Shown: one piece after another, positions 10,442 to 20,883 of the stretch
Numbering within the stretch: the first letter of the stretch is position 1
Layout of the letters: the number at the start of each line of letters is the position of its first letter
Assembly (NCBI GenBank): GCA_963745035.1
Contig: CAVUVW010000013.1
Location: 1,472,001 to 1,536,000 of the forward strand
Length of the DNA: 64,000 bases
Direction of reading: 5' to 3'
Source of the DNA: an uncultured delta proteobacterium
GTDB lineage: Bacteria > Desulfobacterota > Binatia > UBA9968
Made by a program: the position numbers and the translations under genes
Notes under the pieces: model-generated
Told to the model about the DNA's origin: nothing
Databases searched by the model: none
The model's input: the letters and a program-made list of their open reading frames with translations, nothing else

Positions 10442-11813
10442 GGCTGCGGCAAACTCTTTCAGGTTATGATTCGCCTCGCGTTTTTTAGAACGGCATCGAT
10501 CATCTGAGCGCTTTGCCCGAGATAATTTTCCGGCTGAGCCAGCTTGCTCCAGTCTATCGTGCCGTCGGCGACGTGTCCTTTCGCTCAATCGCTGGACGGA
10601 TTTCGATCAACGGCCTATTCTCGGTCGTAGCGGCGGCACACGCTTGCTTGACCAATTCTTCGGCCTTCGGCCGCGGCATGACGCCGGCCAGCGCAAAGAC
10701 CGCGGACTCGGCTAGAATGACATCGTTGGCCTTCGCTATGTTGGCGCGCATCGCCGCCGCGTCCACTTGCAGATTCTGCGCAAGGTAGAGCGCGTGCTTG
10801 AGCGCGCCGCCGGTGAGCAGAATCATTTGCGGCAGAGTCAGCCACTCCACCTGCCAGCCGTGCGTGGCGCGCTCGTGTTCCTGAATCTGCGCTTGGTGCA
10901 TGGCCGACAAAAGCGCCGCATTGGTCCGCGCCGCGGCGAGGATCAATTCGCTCGTGATTGGATTGGATTTCTGCGGCATCGTGCTGCTGCCGCCGCGCCC
11001 CGTCTCTGCCGATTCGCCGGCTTCACCGACTTCGGTTTGCGCCAGGAGAATGATGTCCTGCGCCATCTTGCCGAGGCTTCCGGTGACCAGGCTCAACCAG
11101 CCGGCAAACTCGGCGATGCTGTCGCGCTGCGCATGCCAGGGCATCACGGGAACATTCAATTTGAGCTCCTTCGCGAGTTCATGAGCCACGCGCAAGCCCT
11201 TGTCGCCCAGGGCCGCCAAAGTGCCGGCAGCGCCGCCGAACTGAAGGACCAGCAGGCGTGGCGAGATCTCCACGAGCCGTTCGGCGTGTCTAACCAGCGG
11301 CGCGATCCAACTCGCAACCTTCAAGCCGAACGTGATAGGGAGAGCCTGCTGCCCGTGCGTTCGTCCTGCGAGCACAGTATCCCGATGACGGTCGGCCAGA
11401 TCGCTCAAATGCCGCGCGATCTCGCCGAGCCGCGATCGCAGAACTTTTATCGCTGAGCGCACCTGCAAAACGCAGGCTGTGTCCATGATGTCCTGCGTCG
11501 TCGCGCCCCAATGAATATAGGGTGCCGCCTCGGCGCCAACCTGTTTCCGCAGCTCTTGGACCAGAGCGATGATCGGAAAGCCGGAACGCACGGTGCCGTG
11601 CGTCAATGCCGCTAGCTCGACTTTGTCTGCGTCGACTTTAGCGATCTGCTCCGCCGCTTTGGTTGGGATGACGCCCACACGCGCTTCTGCGCGTGCCAAC
11701 GCGACCTCGACTTCGACCAGAGCGCGGACCAGTGCCGCATCGCTCAGCAAAGCGGCTATTTCTTCGTCAGTGAACAGCGGCTTGAAGATCGCTGAATCGA
11801 GAGGCGTTGCCAT
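10438..11813 (-). CDS. pcaB: 3-carboxy-cis,cis-muconate cycloisomerase; C-terminal frameshift(s)
   Basis: HWGATTQDIMDT, GRTHGQQALP, LQFGGAAGTLA, GGSSTMPQKSNP, EHER; downstream of pcaHG. Confidence 0.92.
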
Positions 11814-11838
11814 CTGAATTGTGAGCTATGAAAGCAAA

Positions 11839-11886
11839 CCCTTCGCGGAGCTTAACCTGAGCACAGCCGAAGGATTCAGGATGACA
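11839..11886. repeat. REP-like element (GAGxTTAxCCTGAGC...CGAAGG...ATGACA module)
   Basis: Shares this module with 18640-18681. Confidence 0.55.
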
Positions 11887-11926
11887 GAGTTTGCCATGCT
11901 GAACACCGCGAAGCATCCGCTTTTCA

Positions 11927-11958
11927 TCACTCCATTACTCCAACGCTCCAACGCTCCA
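11927..11958. repeat. Four tandem 8-bp units (NNRCTCCA), single arm
   Basis: tcactcca ttactcca acgctcca acgctcca. Confidence 0.8.
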
Positions 11959-11969
11959 GTCCTAAGAGC

Positions 11970-12539
11970 TTACATATCAAAGAAAACCGTCTCGTCTTCT
12001 CCCTGGAGCCGGATATCAAAACTGTAAACCGTTTTGTCGTGGTCCATTCCGGGCACCGCAATCAAAGTCTGACGGCGTTTCTTGTTCTTGATTGAACTCA
12101 AAACCGGATCATTCTCGTTGGCGGCCTCATCACCGAAGTATATGCGCGTATACGCGTGCAGGAGCATGCCGCGCGCAAAGACGACCACGTTGATGTGCGG
12201 CGCCTGCACAGTCCCATCAGGGCCAGGCACTGGACCGGGCTTGATAGTTTCGAAGCTGTAAACGCAATTGTCGTCGGTGCCCGACCTTCCCCACCCGATG
12301 AACGTCACGTCGAGCGGTTTCTCCTGCTTATCGTCAGGATGATTGTAGCGCCCATAACTATTGGCTTGCCAAATCTCCACCATCGTATCCGGAATAGGCT
12401 TGCCGTCGCCGTCGAACACGCGTCCCTCGATGCGGATACGTTGGCCCTCCGTAGCATCGTTCACCAGGACATTCATGGTCTTGCTCGTAAGCCCGATGGA
12501 ATAGAACGGCCCGACTGTCTGAGAAGGAGTCTGCTTCAT
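11970..12539 (-). CDS. pcaG: Protocatechuate 3,4-dioxygenase alpha subunit
   Basis: TPSQTVGPFY, EIWQANSYG, TIKPG, QAPHINV..FARG..TRIYF, FDIRLQGEDETVFFDM. Confidence 0.97.
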   Translation of the reverse strand: MKQTPSQTVGPFYSIGLTSKTMNVLVNDATEGQRIRIEGRVFDGDGKPIPDTMVEIWQANSYGRYNHPDDKQEKPLDVTFIGWGRSGTDDNCVYSFETIKPGPVPGPDGTVQAPHINVVVFARGMLLHAYTRIYFGDEAANENDPVLSSIKNKKRRQTLIAVPGMDHDKTVYSFDIRLQGEDETVFFDM

Positions 12540-13249
12540 GCCCGCTGGTCCTCGAACGGCGTCGCCTGGCGTCCGCGCAGCACGATGTCGAAGCGATAAC
12601 CCAATGCGAATTCAGGTTCGGTGACGTCCTGCGCATAGGACGCAATCAATCTTTGCCGCCCGCTTTTGCTCGGAATCGAGTTCAGGATCGGGTCCAGCGG
12701 GATCAACGGATCGCCCGGAAAGAAAAACTGGGTCACCAGACGCGTGACAAAGCTTGGACCGAACAAAGAGAGATGAATGTGCGCCGGCCGCCACGCGTTG
12801 GCATGGTTGAGCCAGGGATAAGCCCCGGGCTTGATCGTCAGAAAGCGGTACTCACCCTGTTCGTTGGTCACGCAGCGGCCGGCGCCGATGAAATTCGGGT
12901 CGAGCGGCGCATTGTGCTGGTCCACCGGATGTCGGTAGCGACCCGCCGCGTTGGCTTGCCATATCTCAATGACGCTGTTCGGCACGGGCCGCTCATCTTC
13001 ATCCATCACTCGGCCCACGACGATGATGCGTTCCCCGAGCGCCTCCTTGCCGGCATCGTCGCGCGAAAGATCGTTCTCACCCGGTTCCAGCTTCACATCG
13101 GCAAATAGCGGACCGGTGATCTCAGAGAGCGTCTGTTTGATAGGCACGAGCCTCTTGAGCGGCCCGCGCTTCACGGACGAGCCATAAGCCGCGAAAACAT
13201 ACGGAGGATGAGATTTCCGATCCAGCGATTTGTATTGTGGTATTTGCAT
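12536..13249 (-). CDS. pcaH: Protocatechuate 3,4-dioxygenase beta subunit
   Basis: SEITGP, EIWQANAAGRYRH, TIKPGAYPW.NH.NAWRPAHIH (Fe ligands). Confidence 0.97.
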   Translation of the reverse strand: MQIPQYKSLDRKSHPPYVFAAYGSSVKRGPLKRLVPIKQTLSEITGPLFADVKLEPGENDLSRDDAGKEALGERIIVVGRVMDEDERPVPNSVIEIWQANAAGRYRHPVDQHNAPLDPNFIGAGRCVTNEQGEYRFLTIKPGAYPWLNHANAWRPAHIHLSLFGPSFVTRLVTQFFFPGDPLIPLDPILNSIPSKSGRQRLIASYAQDVTEPEFALGYRFDIVLRGRQATPFEDQRA

Positions 13250-13282
13250 GTCTCTCTCAATGCGTTTCGGTCTAGCCGCGTC

Positions 13283-13670
13283 TCACTTACTTTCCGTCTC
13301 CATTTCCTTGTACGTACGCTTGGCGACCGCAAACGCCGAATTGCCGGCCGGCGCACCGGCATAGACGGCGACCTGGAGCAGCACTTCTTTCACCTCGTCA
13401 CGGCTGACGCCCGTGTTGCGCGTAGCGCGAATATGGAGCGCAAGCTCTTCGTGCTTTCCCAAAGCTGCCAGCATAGCGATCGTGAGCATGCTGCGGGTCT
13501 TCTTATCGAGCCCCGGCCGACCCCATACCGCCGCCCATGCATGCTCGGTCACGTAGCGCTGCCAGTCGGCGTCAAAGTCCGTCTTGTTCGCTTCGGCGCG
13601 CGCGACATAGTCGGCGCCCAGAACGCTCTTGCGCGCCGGCCATGCCTCTATCGAATAGATCGTCGGACAA
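13283..13670 (-). CDS. pcaC: 4-carboxymuconolactone decarboxylase; frameshift near 13638
   Basis: GGAGG RBS then TTG-SDDLFDRGM..RKSVLGADYV...EHAWAAVWGRPGL..KTRSMLTIAML..LG..EEL..H.RA..NTG...EVLLQVAVYAGAP. Confidence 0.9.
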
Positions 13671-13910
13671 TTTACACCTCCAGAACGAGTTCACTCCAAG
13701 CGCCTAATTCACGTGAACGGAACATGCTTCAAGATCCAAAATTCTGGTCTGTCTTGAAACTATCCGAGCCCCAGAGCGAAAGTCAACTTACGTGTGACAC
13801 TTGCGAGACGTTAGGTCTTTGACTTGTGCGCACGGCGCAGCAGTAGTATTCAACACAGGAAGCGTTGGAAGAATCTTTGATTTAGCGTCTGAGTTTATGA
13901 AGTCCCCGAC

Positions 13911-13946
13911 GGTTTGAACGTTTTGAACGACTTGAACGGTTTGAAC
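13911..13946. repeat. Four tandem 9-bp units (GNNTTGAAC), single arm
   Basis: ggtttgaac gttttgaac gacttgaac ggtttgaac, just upstream of the DsbA RBS. Confidence 0.8.
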
Positions 13947-13965
13947 CTTCATGAAGGAGGAAATC

Positions 13966-14580
13966 ATGTCTGAACCATTAGTCCTCGAAGTATTCTCCGA
14001 CTTCGTTTGACCCTGGTGCTACCTCGTCACCGGGCGTGTCGAGAAACTCAGAAAAGATTACGGTCTGAAGATCAAGTTCACTCAGTTCCCGCTCCATCCG
14101 GAGACTCCGGAAGAAGGCAGCGTGCGCGGGCCTGAAATTATCGCGCGCAATCAGCGCATGAAAGCCAACATGGAGCGCGAAGGTTTGCCGTTCAATGCCG
14201 AGCGCAACATGTCTTACAATAGCCGGCTGGCGCAAGAACTTTCCAAATTTGCCGAAGAAAATGGCAAAGGCGACGAGATTCACGACGCGCTCTTTCGCGC
14301 CTATTTCGTCGATGTGAAGAATATCGGCAAAGTGGAGCCGCTCGTGGAGATCGCTCAAAGCCTGGGCTTGCCGGCCGATGAAACCACCGACGCGTTGCTC
14401 AGCCGCAAGTACAAGCCGCAAGTCGACGAGGACTGGCGCCGCTGCGCCGCCTATGGCGTTAATGCCGTGCCGACTTTTCTCGCCGGAAAGTACTTGATGG
14501 TCGGCGCTCAGCCGTACGAGGAATTGCAGCGATTGATCGAGCACGTCTTGAAAGCGCCCGCTGACTCACATCCTGAGTAG
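13966..14580 (+). CDS. DsbA/FrnE-family oxidoreductase; probable selenoprotein (UPWC, TGA at 14008-14010)
   Basis: AAGGAGG RBS; MSEPLVLEVFSDFV-TGA-PWCY continues in frame into ORF 14122..14580 (FPLHP, NSRLAQEL, LFRAYF, GVNAVPTF, GAQPY); 204 aa. Confidence 0.85.
14023..14043 (+). promoter_or_regulatory. Putative bacterial SECIS hairpin
   Basis: ctcgtcac-cgggc-gtgtcgag: stem with one mismatch and a G-rich loop about 20 nt after the UGA. Confidence 0.6.
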
Positions 14581-14707
14581 AAGATCAGCGGCCGAGTCCG
14601 ATCGAAAGGCTCGATCACACGAAGATTCGTGATCAACGGCGCGGTGATATTGGCATCACCACGGCCGAGGAGTCTTAGATTTCGCAATTCTGCACTCCGA
14701 TATCCTG

Positions 14708-15746
14708 ATGAGACGTCTCATTTTTGTATCACTTTTCTTATTATTTTCATTGAGCTCGCTCTATTATATCTCCGCGCAACCGCGTCACCTCCATAGCAGC
14801 GCCGGTGTCGGGGGTCCGCAGATGGTCCTGTGGGCAGGGAAGGACTTTGGTACATTTCGCAAATATCAGTTGGACTTCGAAAGCGTTCTGATCCTGGGAG
14901 GAGCGCGTGGAATGCAGGCGCTGCTCGGCGGAAGCATTCATTCCGCAAATATGGCGGCCATGGTGCCCATCCGCACGAGCTCTCGGCGGTGGAGACGTGG
15001 TCATCGTCGGCGGGTTTCTGAACAAGAATTTGTTGAAGTTTATCGCGCAAAAGACGATCACTAAGCCGGCGGACCTTCGCGGAAAAAAGATCGGCATCGC
15101 CAATTTCGGCGGATCGAACGAATTCGGCGTTCTGCTCGCACTTCGAGAATGGGGCATTCCGCGCGAGGCGGTAAATATCATTCCCGCCGGCGGCAGCGCT
15201 TCGCGGCTGATAGCCATGGAAGCGCGGGGCCTGGATGCCACCGTCATTTCTTATGACCATGCTATCATAGCCGCGCAAAAGGGCATGACGATTTTAGGGG
15301 ATCTGGCCGAGATCGTGCCGGAATTTCCCGATAGGCTGATCGTTACACGCCGCTCGTTCCTCGAGAAGGAACGCGATACAATGAAACGCTTTCTTCAAGC
15401 CCTCAGCGAGTCGATCTATCAGGTGGGCAGCCAGCGCGAAAAAATGCTCCCGGTGATCACCAGACACCTCAAATTGGATCGCAAGGTGGCGGAAGAGACC
15501 TATGATTTGTACCACAACGTATTTTCTTTACCTCCGCGGGTCGGCCGGAATGGTATTAGAGATGTCGCCGACGTCGTTCTGCAACAAATGGGGCGAGCAA
15601 AGGACGAAGTAAATTTAGGCCGTCTTATCGACGAGAGCCTGATCGATGAGTTGGAAAAAGAGGGTTTCTTTAAAAATTGCAGCGAGAATACACGCAGAGA
15701 TAGTAGTAAATTGGCACGCGATTCGACCGAGGCGTGCCATTGGTAA
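14708..15746 (+). CDS. SsuA/THI5-like ABC substrate-binding protein; frameshifted, true end probably near 15702
   Basis: Signal peptide, GMQALLGGS, DLRGKKIGIANFGG, LIDELEKEGFF. Confidence 0.8.
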
Positions 15747-15782
15747 TTCAAACAAACGAACCCGCGAAAGGAGCTTTGTGAA

Positions 15783-16664
15783 ATGATTGCGAAAATCAAA
15801 CACGTGGCGTTTATGAGCCACAACGCGCCCCGACTCTGTCGATTTTACGAGTGCTTGTTCGGCCTGACGCGGGCACGCGCAGATACCTCGCCGTCCTCCG
15901 AGGAAGAATTTGCCAAGCGTTTCGGCAATCCGCTTTTGTCGACCAAACGTGTCGCCAAACCTTACGATGCGACGGTGATAGCGGGCGATGGCAACGTTGG
16001 GGTGGCGTTCCTGCGCCGGCGGCCAGGATATCCGGCGGGCATAGATCACTTTGGCATCGAGGTGGATGATCTGGATCGCGTTTTCAGCCGCTACAAGGAA
16101 AAATATCCCGCGGTGGGAGTTGTGAAGAGACCAAGCAACCGGCCATTTGCGTCTTTCAGCTCACACGATCCCGAAGGCCATTTGTTCGACCTGAGCCAGC
16201 CCGGTTTGGACAACGTCCGCGGCGTTTGGGCCGAGTCGGATCGAGAGCAAGATCGTTATATCAAGCACCTGACGATACGCGCCATCAATCCGGGTGCTTT
16301 AGCGCGCTTCTATGTGGACGTCTTCGAACTAAAAGAAGAGGAAAAAGCGTTGGAAGACCCGAATTTCTACCTCACCGACGGCAAAGTAACATTGATCCTA
16401 ACACCGTGGAAAATCGAGGACTATCACGGCGCCGAACACCGGGGTCCTGGACTCGACCACGTCGGATTCAAGGTAGAAAACATGGAGATGTTTAGAAAAG
16501 ATTTCGATGTTTTGACCAGCGTGGATCCTGAGTGGATGACTCCGAAGGCTCCCAATCAGGCTTCTGAACACGACGTCGTGCTGCGACTGCTCTCGGCTTG
16601 TCGTTACGGCCGACATCAGCTGGCCGATCCGGACGGAAATTTCATAGACGTAACGGATCAATAA
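15783..16664 (+). CDS. Two-domain VOC (glyoxalase/bleomycin resistance/extradiol dioxygenase) family protein
   Basis: IKHVAF, GIDHFGIEV, HDPEGH, IKHLTIR, GLDHVGFKVE, ADPDGN. Confidence 0.85.
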   Translation: MIAKIKHVAFMSHNAPRLCRFYECLFGLTRARADTSPSSEEEFAKRFGNPLLSTKRVAKPYDATVIAGDGNVGVAFLRRRPGYPAGIDHFGIEVDDLDRVFSRYKEKYPAVGVVKRPSNRPFASFSSHDPEGHLFDLSQPGLDNVRGVWAESDREQDRYIKHLTIRAINPGALARFYVDVFELKEEEKALEDPNFYLTDGKVTLILTPWKIEDYHGAEHRGPGLDHVGFKVENMEMFRKDFDVLTSVDPEWMTPKAPNQASEHDVVLRLLSACRYGRHQLADPDGNFIDVTDQ

Positions 16665-16710
16665 ATTGTTGGCGGGAATAACGATCCGGCTCTCTTTTCG
16701 GAGGACCTGG

Positions 16711-17704
16711 ATGAGCATGGAAAGATGGATCGCTACTTTAATCGCGCTTTCAGTCACGCTGTTAAGTCCTACGGCTGAAACTGCGCTTTCTGCCGATAAA
16801 TCGGACAAACTGACGCATGTCCGCATGGGCTTGGCGGCTAGAAGCACGACTTCCATGCCGTTTTTCGTCGCCAAGGAGCGCGGCTTTTTCCGCGAGGAAG
16901 GTTTGGACGTCGAGCTGATCGTGATGCAGGCGATTCAAACCATCCAGGCGACGATGGGCAACAGCACTCAATTCGCGTCCGCCACCGGATCGGCGGTGAG
17001 CTCCGCCGTTCAGGGCGCGGATATCAGAGTGATTTTTGCCGTCACGGATCGGCCGTCGTTCGATCTCATCGTCCAGCCCAATATCACCAGCGTGCAGCAA
17101 TTGCGCGGCAAAAAGATCGGCACCGGCGGCGTCGGCTCGTTGGCGGAAATTTTGGCGCGCCGGATCTTGGTCGCTCACAACGTGCGTCCTGAAGAAGTAT
17201 CCATCCTGGCCACCGGTCCAAGCCACGTAACCTACTTGTCACTGAAAGCAAAGGTCATCGACGCCGCGCCGCTGCAAATGCCTTTGACCTTCACGGCGCA
17301 GGACGAAGGCTTTCGCAAGCTGGCGGCCGCGGGCGAATACTATCAATCGGTCCAGGGCGGTCTGGCGACGACCAAGACGATGCTGACCGAGCAACCGGAG
17401 CTGGTGACGAAAGTCGTGCGCGCCATGCTGCGCGCGACGCGCCTGATCAAATCGGACAGGAAATACGCCATAGATTTTCTCAAGGGACCCTGGGTCGATC
17501 TCGGCAAGAATGCCGGATAAGATCGCCGCGCGCGTATACGACGTCGCTGGTCCTGACTTTCTGGAGAACGGCTTGGTGAGCGAAGAGATTCAACGACAGA
17601 TGATCGCGGACGCTTCGGTGCGGGTCAAGCCCAAGCAGCCGGTGCTGCCGGAGCAAGTGTTCGACTTCAGCATCGTACGAAAAGTCGGCGAGACGTTGAA
17701 ATAG
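16711..17704 (+). CDS. SsuA/THI5-like ABC substrate-binding protein; frameshift near 17515
   Basis: VAKERGFFREEGLDVELI, QLRGKKIG, VFDFSIVRKV. Confidence 0.85.
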
Positions 17705-17709
17705 GGCAA

Positions 17710-18582
17710 TCATCGATTCAGCAGCGCCACGGCCATCGAGACCGACCGCCAAGCCCGCCGTTCTCTGCCTCGACAATCGTTCGCGGAAGATTAGCATCGC
17801 CAGGATCGCGCTGACGGCGACCACTCCGACACTGTAAATCGGAAAGAGCTGCGAGCTTTCCCAGCCCTGCAAGAGCTAAGCACTTCGAGCAGCGCGTAGA
17901 TCGCAACGTAATTGATCCCGCCCAAGACAATTCCGGCATAGATGTGCTTCATCCGGAAATCACGCGCTGAGAACACGCGTTTTGAAACGCCGATGACGAT
18001 GCTCGACGCAAACGCAAAGATAAATCCCGACATGACGTACGCATGGTACGACGGCGCGTCCAGATAGTATGCCTGCAAGTATTTGAGAATGGAGAAGTAA
18101 CAGCCGAAGGTAATGAAGACCAGAAGCGGCATCAGCTGGAATAACCGCGCACTCGAGACGCCGGAATTCTTTTCCGGCGCCGTGCACAAGTAAAGCGCCA
18201 AGAGCGCGGCGCACAAGACCGGCGATTTTCACGAGCGTCAAGGAATCTCCATAGAGCACAAAAGCTAGAAGTGAGGGAATAGCGACCGACAACCGGCTCG
18301 CCAAGGCCGCAACGGCGACCCCCGCGCGCTGCGCCGTGTAAGCGAGCAGATAAAAATTGACGGCGAGCAAGATTCCCTGCACAGCGGCAAAGCCAATCCA
18401 TGGCTGCGTCTGCAAGGTCGGCTGGACTCGAGCGATCCTCCGCCCCAGATGTTTCCGATCAAGACACAGGTCACATAATTGACCGGGATGGCCCAGAAGA
18501 GATTCACTCCCAGCTTATCGAAGGCGCGAAAAATAACCGGGATGACGCCTGAGCCGAGAATCGCAAGAAGCAAGTAGAACAA
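17710..18582 (-). CDS. DMT/EamA-family transporter; several frameshifts
   Basis: Hydrophobic fragments 18265..18582, 17960..18415, 17791..18216 and 17480..17872 (AIPVNY, SRLSVAIP, LIFRERLS). Confidence 0.7.
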
Positions 18583-18626
18583 TCGGTTTCAAGAGGCTAG
18601 AACTCGCCAGCACGATCGGATCGACC

Positions 18627-18776
18627 GGAAAGATTTCTCCCAGAGTTTACCCTGAGCCTTGTCGAAGGGGTCGAAATGACAATGCGTGAGTTTGGTCTGA
18701 GTAGTGCGGAAGGAATTGAAAGTGATCATCGCGTCGCTGTCATTTCGAAAGAGCGAAACGACTGAGAAATCTTTCC
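18627..18776. repeat. REP-like doublet (AGATTTCTC...CGAAATGACA / TGTCATTTCG...GAGAAATCT)
   Basis: Outer ggaaagatttctc / gagaaatctttcc is a perfect 13-bp inverted pair; inner tcgaaatgaca / tgtcatttcga. Confidence 0.75.
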
Positions 18777-18831
18777 GCGCTCCGATTCATGTGCTCAGCG
18801 CAACTGCCAGATGACACTCGGGCATCGCATG

Positions 18832-20182
18832 CTAAAAAGACAACTGATTGACCCGATCCATCAGATCGCGATTGGCTTCCTGCGCATCGGCCACCAGCTT
18901 GACCTCGTCATGCGCACGAGCTTTCGGTCGCGCATGAGCAATCTCGCCGTTGACCATCACGGTTTTGACATCGCTCGCCTTGGCGCAGTGCACAATCTGG
19001 CTGAAGATATCGTTCACCGGCTGGTTATGAACGGTATCGATATCGACGAGAATCAAATCAGCCCGCTTGCCGACCTCGATAGTGCCGCATAACGAGTCGA
19101 GTCCCAACGCTTTGGCCCCGCCCGCCGTCGCCATGCGCAGCACCGCATAAGGATCGATCACGCCCGCGTCTTGATGATGGACTTTCTGGAGCAGCGACGC
19201 CGCCTTCATCGTGTCGAAAAGATCCTGCGAATGGTTGCTCGCCGCCCCGTCGGTGCCGAGCGCGACGTTGACTCCCTGGCGCAGCATTTCCACTACCGGC
19301 GCGACGCCGTCGCCGAGCATCATGTTGCTTACGGGATTGTGCGACACCGAACGAGCCGGTTTGTTTCAGCAGCGCGATTTCATCTTTGGAGATATGGACC
19401 GAATGGGCAAAGATCGAGTTCGTCCCCGGGATGCCGAATTCATGCAGAAACTCCACCACGCCGTTCTTGCCATGCTCCCGTCGCACGCATTCCACCACCG
19501 ATTTCGACTCAGCGACGTGAGCGCTGATACCCAGAGCTTTGTCGTCGGCGAAGCGGCGGATTTCTTTGAGCAGGTCCGGCGTCGTGTTGATCGGCGGCGT
19601 ATTCGGTCCGGTCATGAACTGAAGCTGCTCGCTGCGCGCATGGTGCGCAAGAATTTCTTCGATGCGGCGAAATGCCTGCTCCGGTTTCTCTTTCGTACAG
19701 TCAGGGACGATTTCCCCCGTATCCATGATCGTGCGCGCGAAGACGGCGCGCAGGCCCGAATCCTTGATCGCTCGGATCGTCTCGAACGCACATTCCGGAG
19801 AGGGGTTGAGAAAATTGTGCTCGCACACAGTCGTCACGCCGCTGCGAATCGCTTCGACACAGCCGAGCAGGCTGCCCGCGTAGAAGTGTTCCGGCCTTAG
19901 CACGCGCGCGCAGCCATAGATCCGTTTGAGCCATGGCATCAATTCCAGATCTTCCCACACCGCGCGGAGCAGCACTTGATAGAGATGCGTGTGCGCGTTG
20001 ACGAGACCCGGCATGAGGGCGCAACCCGTTCCGTCGATGACCGCCTCTGTCTCGTCGCTTCCTGGCGGCGCGCCCGCCTCCACCGTCCTAATGGCGCCAT
20101 CTCGCACACGCGCGTAACCCATGAACGACTTGCGTTCGGTCATCGGAATAACCAATGCGTTTCTGATTAGCCAGTTCTTCAT
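18832..20182 (-). CDS. Amidohydrolase, MtaD/TRZ-ATZ deaminase family; frameshift near 19350
   Basis: PGLVNAHTH, HVAES, AHSVH, HNPVSN, GTDGAASN, GTIEVGKRADL. Confidence 0.88.
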
Positions 20183-20312
20183 TATTCCTCTATAAACACG
20201 CTGATTATCGTGAACCATTAGCCGTTCTGATCTCAATGTTCAATTGCGCGCCGCTTGACCACCGGACCCAATCGGGAATAAAGTCGAGGAAATTCTACCA
20301 GCGAGGTGACCC

Positions 20313-20723
20313 ATGCCACAGGAAGCCAAGGAATTCAGACATCAGACTCCGGAGTTCGAGGGCGTCAAAAAGACCTGGCAGGTCTGCAACAGCGACCTGA
20401 TGAAAGTGCAAGTGCAGGTAGTGAAGAATGGCGGCGAGAACAATTTGCACACGCACACCGGTGAGGACGCTTTCTGGTACGTCATCAGCGGCGCAGTCAA
20501 GTTCTACGGCGAAGGCGACAAGCTCGTCGGCGAATACAAAAAGGGCGAAGGGATTTTGGTGCCGCGCGGCTACAAGTACTGGTTCGAAAGCGCATCGGCA
20601 GAGCCGCTCGAAATCCTGCGGGTAACAGCCAAAGATCAAAACATCGATAATAAGCGGGTCGATCTCTCGCCGCAAAAAGACTGGATGGTCCAGCAGAACA
20701 CATTCGGCGCCCCTCGCCAGTAA
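20313..20723 (+). CDS. Cupin domain protein
   Basis: GGENNLHTHTGED.FWYVISG...GILVPRG..YWF. Confidence 0.85.
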   Translation: MPQEAKEFRHQTPEFEGVKKTWQVCNSDLMKVQVQVVKNGGENNLHTHTGEDAFWYVISGAVKFYGEGDKLVGEYKKGEGILVPRGYKYWFESASAEPLEILRVTAKDQNIDNKRVDLSPQKDWMVQQNTFGAPRQ

Positions 20724-20758
20724 TCGAGCCGATCACAACCATTCGTTTCCGCCACACT

Positions 20759-20786
20759 GTAGGGGACGGTTCCGGCCGTCCCCTAC
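20759..20786. repeat. GTAG-type REP palindrome or possible terminator of the cupin gene
   Basis: gtaggggacgg-ttccgg-ccgtcccctac, perfect 11-bp stem followed by tttc. Confidence 0.7.
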
Positions 20787-20883
20787 TTTCATAAAGCACG
20801 CCGCCGCTTTCATCTGGTAAATAGTGCTGGCGCAAAAAATCTTTTTCGACTATACCTCCGTCCATCGTCGTCAGAGGTGACTC

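Noticed and set aside
9035-10588. 517-aa ORF that looks like a fused CoA-transferase A+B
   Set aside because: Frameshift artefact: subunit A ends in another frame at 9508 (SVDYGRYR*), and subunit B has its own GGAGG RBS and ATG at 9511.
13978-14544. 188-aa minus-strand ORF, and the 14122 start for the DsbA gene
   Set aside because: The plus-strand DsbA starting at 13966 with TGA read-through explains the region and restores the active site.
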